Source of the DNA: Candidatus Limnocylindria bacterium
GTDB lineage: Bacteria; Chloroflexota; Limnocylindria; QHBO01
Reading direction: 5' to 3'
Length of the DNA stretch: 46,907 nt
Assembly: GCA_036380155.1 (NCBI GenBank)
Contig: DASVFG010000043.1
Coordinates: forward strand, 1 to 46,907
Notes under the pieces: generated by a model
Told to the model about the DNA's origin: nothing
Database searches by the model: none
The model's input: only the letters and a program-made list of their open reading frames with translations
Made by a program: the position numbers and the translations under genes
In this document: piece after piece, positions 44,120-46,907 of the stretch
Layout: every line of letters starts with the position of its first letter
Numbering within the stretch: the stretch's first letter is position 1

Positions 44120-44905
44120 TCAATACCCTGCGATGAGGCCGCCGTCGACGGCGATGAGCTGTCCGGTGACGTACGAGGCTCGCTCGCTGGCGAGGAACGC
44201 GACGAGCGCCCCCAGCTCGGACGGCTCGCCGTAGCGTCCGGCGGGGATCGTCGTCACGTGCGCCGCGCGGACCGCCTCCTCGGTCGTGCCTTCCCGTTCT
44301 GCGCGCCCCGAGTCCAGCTCGTGGATGCGGGGTGTCGCGATGCGCCCCGGCATGACCCCGTTGACGGTGACGCCGTCCGCGCCCACGGTCCGCGCCGTCG
44401 TCTTCAGCCACGCCGCCAGCGCGGAGCGCCCAGCGTTCGAGTAGACGAGCTCGGGGATCGGCTGCCGCACGCCGCTCGACAGGATGGCAACGATCCGGCC
44501 CCAGCCGCGCTCCCGCATGCCGGGCAGGAGGCGCGTGGCGAGGTCGATCGGCGTGCCCGCCAGGAGCTGGAAGGCGCGCGACCAGCCCTCCGCATCGGTC
44601 GCGGTGGGATCGACGGTCGGCGGCCCGCCGGCGTTCGAGACGAGGATGTCGACGGGTCCCATCGCCGCCGCGGCATCCGCCACTGCGGCGGCGGCCCCGG
44701 CATCGGTCGCGTCGGCCGCCACGTGGTCGACCCGCACCCCGTGCCGTGCGCTCAGCTCGGCGGCAAGGGCGGCCGTCGCATCGGCCCGGCGGGACCAGAC
44801 GAGCAGGTTGCAGCCGGCTTCGGCGAGCGCCTCGGCCGACGCCAGCCCGAGGCCGGAGGTGGCACCTCCGACGACCGCCGTCCGCCCGCGCAGCCCGAGG
44901 TCCAT
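44120..44905 (-). CDS. SDR-family oxidoreductase
   Basis: VVGGATSGLGLA cofactor motif, NAGG, and a VNGVMPG late motif. The catalytic YxxxK region is atypical (YSNAGRS). Confidence 0.88.
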   Translation of the reverse strand: MDLGLRGRTAVVGGATSGLGLASAEALAEAGCNLLVWSRRADATAALAAELSARHGVRVDHVAADATDAGAAAAVADAAAAMGPVDILVSNAGGPPTVDPTATDAEGWSRAFQLLAGTPIDLATRLLPGMRERGWGRIVAILSSGVRQPIPELVYSNAGRSALAAWLKTTARTVGADGVTVNGVMPGRIATPRIHELDSGRAEREGTTEEAVRAAHVTTIPAGRYGEPSELGALVAFLASERASYVTGQLIAVDGGLIAGY

Positions 44906-45906
44906 CAGTCGGCGGTGCTCATCTCGAGCGGTCGCAGCTCGCCGAGCGACTCCGCCACCACGACCGCGTCGTCGCCGGCCTGGAGCCGGAAGTCGGCCGG
45001 CGGGTTCGTCATGGAGTGTCCGTCGCGGGTGACGGCGAGCAGGGTGGCATGGTGGTCGCCGCGGAGCTTAGCCGAGAGCTCGTCGATCGAGACCCCCACG
45101 TAGTCGTCCGGCAGGGCAACGCGGTAGAGCTCCGAGCCCTCGCCGCCGGAGACGATGTCGGTCACGAGCTCCGAGAGGCCGGGATAGAGCGCCGATCGCG
45201 CCAGCAGGCGCGAGGCGAGCCGCGAGGTGACGAGGATCTCGTCGGCCTCGGCGCGCCGGAAGTGGTCGACGTGGGATGGGTTGTTGGCCTCGACCACGGT
45301 CCGCACGTCGGGCGCGATGGACTCGATGGCCATGACCGCGAGGATCGAGCGCATGTCCGCCTCGTTCGAGCGGTCGGCGGGGAACACGATCGCGGACTGC
45401 GCCTCGGCGATGCCGCATCGCGCGAGATCGTCGGTGCTCGTGATGTCGCCGCGCACGTAGTACACGCCGTCGCCGGCGGGGTTGCGCTCGGCGTCGTGGA
45501 GGAGGACGACCTTCGTCGTGAACTCGTCTCCCTTGAGCTCCTCGATGAGGTCGCGGGCGGTCTCATTCCAGCCGCAGACGACGATGTGATCGGTGTAGCC
45601 CGCGGCGCCCATGCCCTGGCCCTCCTTCAGCAGGAAATCGATGACGAAGCCGACGACCGCGCCGGTCATGGCGGCCACGATGGCGACGCCGAAGAACGCG
45701 AGCAGCCAGCCGATGATGAACCCACCCGGCGAGGTGACGTAACTGGCGTCTCCGGACCCGATGACGGTCGTGATCGCCCAGTAGAAGCTCGAGCCGAACC
45801 CGCCGAACGACCGCTTCTCCTCTTCGATGACGGTCACCAGGACGGCGGCGACGACGACGAAGCCGACGACACTGGTGAGCAGCGAGGTGAAGAAGTGGCG
45901 GTCCAT
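44905..45906 (-). CDS. MthK-like two-TM potassium-channel-family protein with RCK domain (non-canonical filter)
   Basis: M1 helix, pore helix and filter (FYWAITTVIGSGD), M2, then RCK (IVVCGWNETARDLIEEL) and a TrkA-C-like end. I placed the start at ATG 45906. The in-frame upstream stretch keeps high GC3, so ATG 46080 is a possible alternative start. Confidence 0.78.
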   Translation of the reverse strand: MDRHFFTSLLTSVVGFVVVAAVLVTVIEEEKRSFGGFGSSFYWAITTVIGSGDASYVTSPGGFIIGWLLAFFGVAIVAAMTGAVVGFVIDFLLKEGQGMGAAGYTDHIVVCGWNETARDLIEELKGDEFTTKVVLLHDAERNPAGDGVYYVRGDITSTDDLARCGIAEAQSAIVFPADRSNEADMRSILAVMAIESIAPDVRTVVEANNPSHVDHFRRAEADEILVTSRLASRLLARSALYPGLSELVTDIVSGGEGSELYRVALPDDYVGVSIDELSAKLRGDHHATLLAVTRDGHSMTNPPADFRLQAGDDAVVVAESLGELRPLEMSTAD

Positions 45907-46190
45907 CTGACCGCCGATGCGCTTCGCGTGGAAGCCGAGGCGCCGCAGGAACGGCGCGGCGAACAGGGCCTGGAGCGGCTTCGGCAACAGATGGCCTCCG
46001 GACTCGGGTCGACGCGTCGTGGAGCGGCGTCGATGCGCGCCGATTCTGCCATGCGCGCGCACGGATGCGACACGCGACATTCCGCCGATCGAGGTCGATC
46101 CAGCGGTCTTGCCTTCCGGCTGCGCGCTTGGCATCATCCGGGCCGATCGACCTTACGGTCAGTGCCCAACCGCCGCACGGGGGACGTCAG

Positions 46191-46907
46191 GTGCCACGGT
46201 CGCGTGCCCGCTCCGCTGGATGTGCGCTGCTCCTCGTCATCGGATGTGCGCTGCCCGCGTCCACGGCACTCGCACCGCCGGTCACGGCGGCCGTTCCGGA
46301 CGTCGAAGGGTTCAGGCGCATCGCGGCCACGCTCGGGCTCGAGTGCGAGGCGGTATCGTCCGATTTCGCGTGCCATCAGCCCGATGACACGGGCAACCGC
46401 GTCCTGAGCATGAGCGTGAGCGACCCCGGTGCGTCGTTCTACCTGAGCGCCACCCAGGTGCAGTACGACGTGGCAGGTCCCATGGCGGCCGACCCCGACT
46501 TCATGGCTGGCATGGAGGAGATGGTCACGTTGGCCCTCGACGACGACGCTGCAGGTCTCGCGTGGCTGGCGGAGATGAACGCGGGGCCACAGACCTCCGG
46601 CCAATTCGTGCAGGACGACTGGACGTTCACCTGGCTGGTGGAAACCTTCGAGGTGGATCCCGGGCTCACCGCCCAGCTCTCCTTCGACATGTCCCATTTC
46701 GACGGCGGGGAGGAACCATCACCACCTGACACAACGGAGGTCGACCCCTGTGCGCTGCTCACGGAGGCGGAGGTCGAGTCGGTCACCGGCATGGAGGCCC
46801 AGCCCGGTGTGACGAAGGAGACGGGTACGGTCGGTCAGATCGGCTGCGGATGGGGCACGGCACCGTACGAGGTGCAGGTGGCCGTCACGCCGTCGACCGG
46901 CGGCGCC
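46191..46907 (+). CDS. putative lipoprotein with C-terminal DUF3558-like module, 3' end outside window
   Basis: Hand-translated; absent from the ORF track. GTG 46191 lies 6 nt after GGGGGA. The signal peptide is MPRSRARSAGCALLLVIGC with lipobox VIGC. High GC3. The late motif DPCALLTEAEVESVTG is typical of actinobacterial DUF3558 lipoproteins. The frame stays open to the window end. Confidence 0.6.
   Translation, partial: MPRSRARSAGCALLLVIGCALPASTALAPPVTAAVPDVEGFRRIAATLGLECEAVSSDFACHQPDDTGNRVLSMSVSDPGASFYLSATQVQYDVAGPMAADPDFMAGMEEMVTLALDDDAAGLAWLAEMNAGPQTSGQFVQDDWTFTWLVETFEVDPGLTAQLSFDMSHFDGGEEPSPPDTTEVDPCALLTEAEVESVTGMEAQPGVTKETGTVGQIGCGWGTAPYEVQVAVTPSTGGA

Noticed and set aside
42614-45103. 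829-aa plus-strand ORF, and the similar long ORFs 3571..5220(-), 18229..19905(-), 22448..24490(-), 22633..25026(+), 35717..36904(+), 39477..41087(+) and 44746..46407(+)
   Set aside because: All overlap, antisense or out of frame, genes with recognisable catalytic motifs. All show Arg/Pro/Gly/Ala-dominated composition and lack any family signature. Long open shadow frames are expected in very GC-rich DNA.
46134-46697. 187-aa and 117-aa minus-strand ORFs at the right end
   Set aside because: Their composition is junk (R/G/H-rich). The opposite strand encodes a coherent lipoprotein with a signal peptide, lipobox and DUF3558-like motif.

Overview
Very GC-rich (about 70% or more by eye, not computed), gene-dense chromosomal segment of actinobacterial character: GTG starts, 4-nt ATGA/GTGA gene overlaps, leaderless-looking starts, and DinB, DUF3558-like and flavoprotein-disulfide-reductase genes. 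I call 44 protein-coding genes. I found no rRNA or tRNA, no CRISPR array, and no transposase, integrase or other mobile-element signature. Left to right: FAD-linked oxidase (5' truncated), alpha/beta hydrolase, XdhC. Then a 12-gene same-strand (minus) array: lmo0937-type micro-protein, HutI, flavoprotein disulfide reductase, DinB, TauE, class-V PLP enzyme, membrane protein, YcnI-like protein, CopC-CopD, DsbB/BdbC, TlpA, MoaA. Then a response-regulator/thioredoxin-reductase-like fusion with a cNMP-binding histidine kinase, a DMT transporter, and a class III cyclase-STAND(P-loop)-TPR protein. Then two ABC-2 exporter pairs flanking a macro-domain gene, pntAA-pntAB-pntB, DoxX-like, DUF937, 5'-nucleotidase and HAD genes, and two divergent CPA2 antiporters. 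Then a class-III aminotransferase with an NMT1/SsuA-type ABC importer, a small membrane protein, a K+ channel-SDR-PLP decarboxylase-YcaQ operon, and a 3'-truncated lipoprotein that is missing from the ORF track. Many long ORFs in the supplied track are antisense or out-of-frame GC artefacts, or 5' run-ons of real genes. The best candidate for an undescribed system is a cyclic-nucleotide signalling neighbourhood (13983..20688). It contains a STAND-coupled cyclase with non-canonical specificity residues, a soluble cNMP-gated histidine kinase, and a response regulator whose output is a cysteine-less TrxR-like flavoprotein. A second candidate is a tightly coupled thiol/sulfur-handling operon (8522..12608). 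All family assignments rest on motif recognition by eye; no database or covariance-model searches were run.
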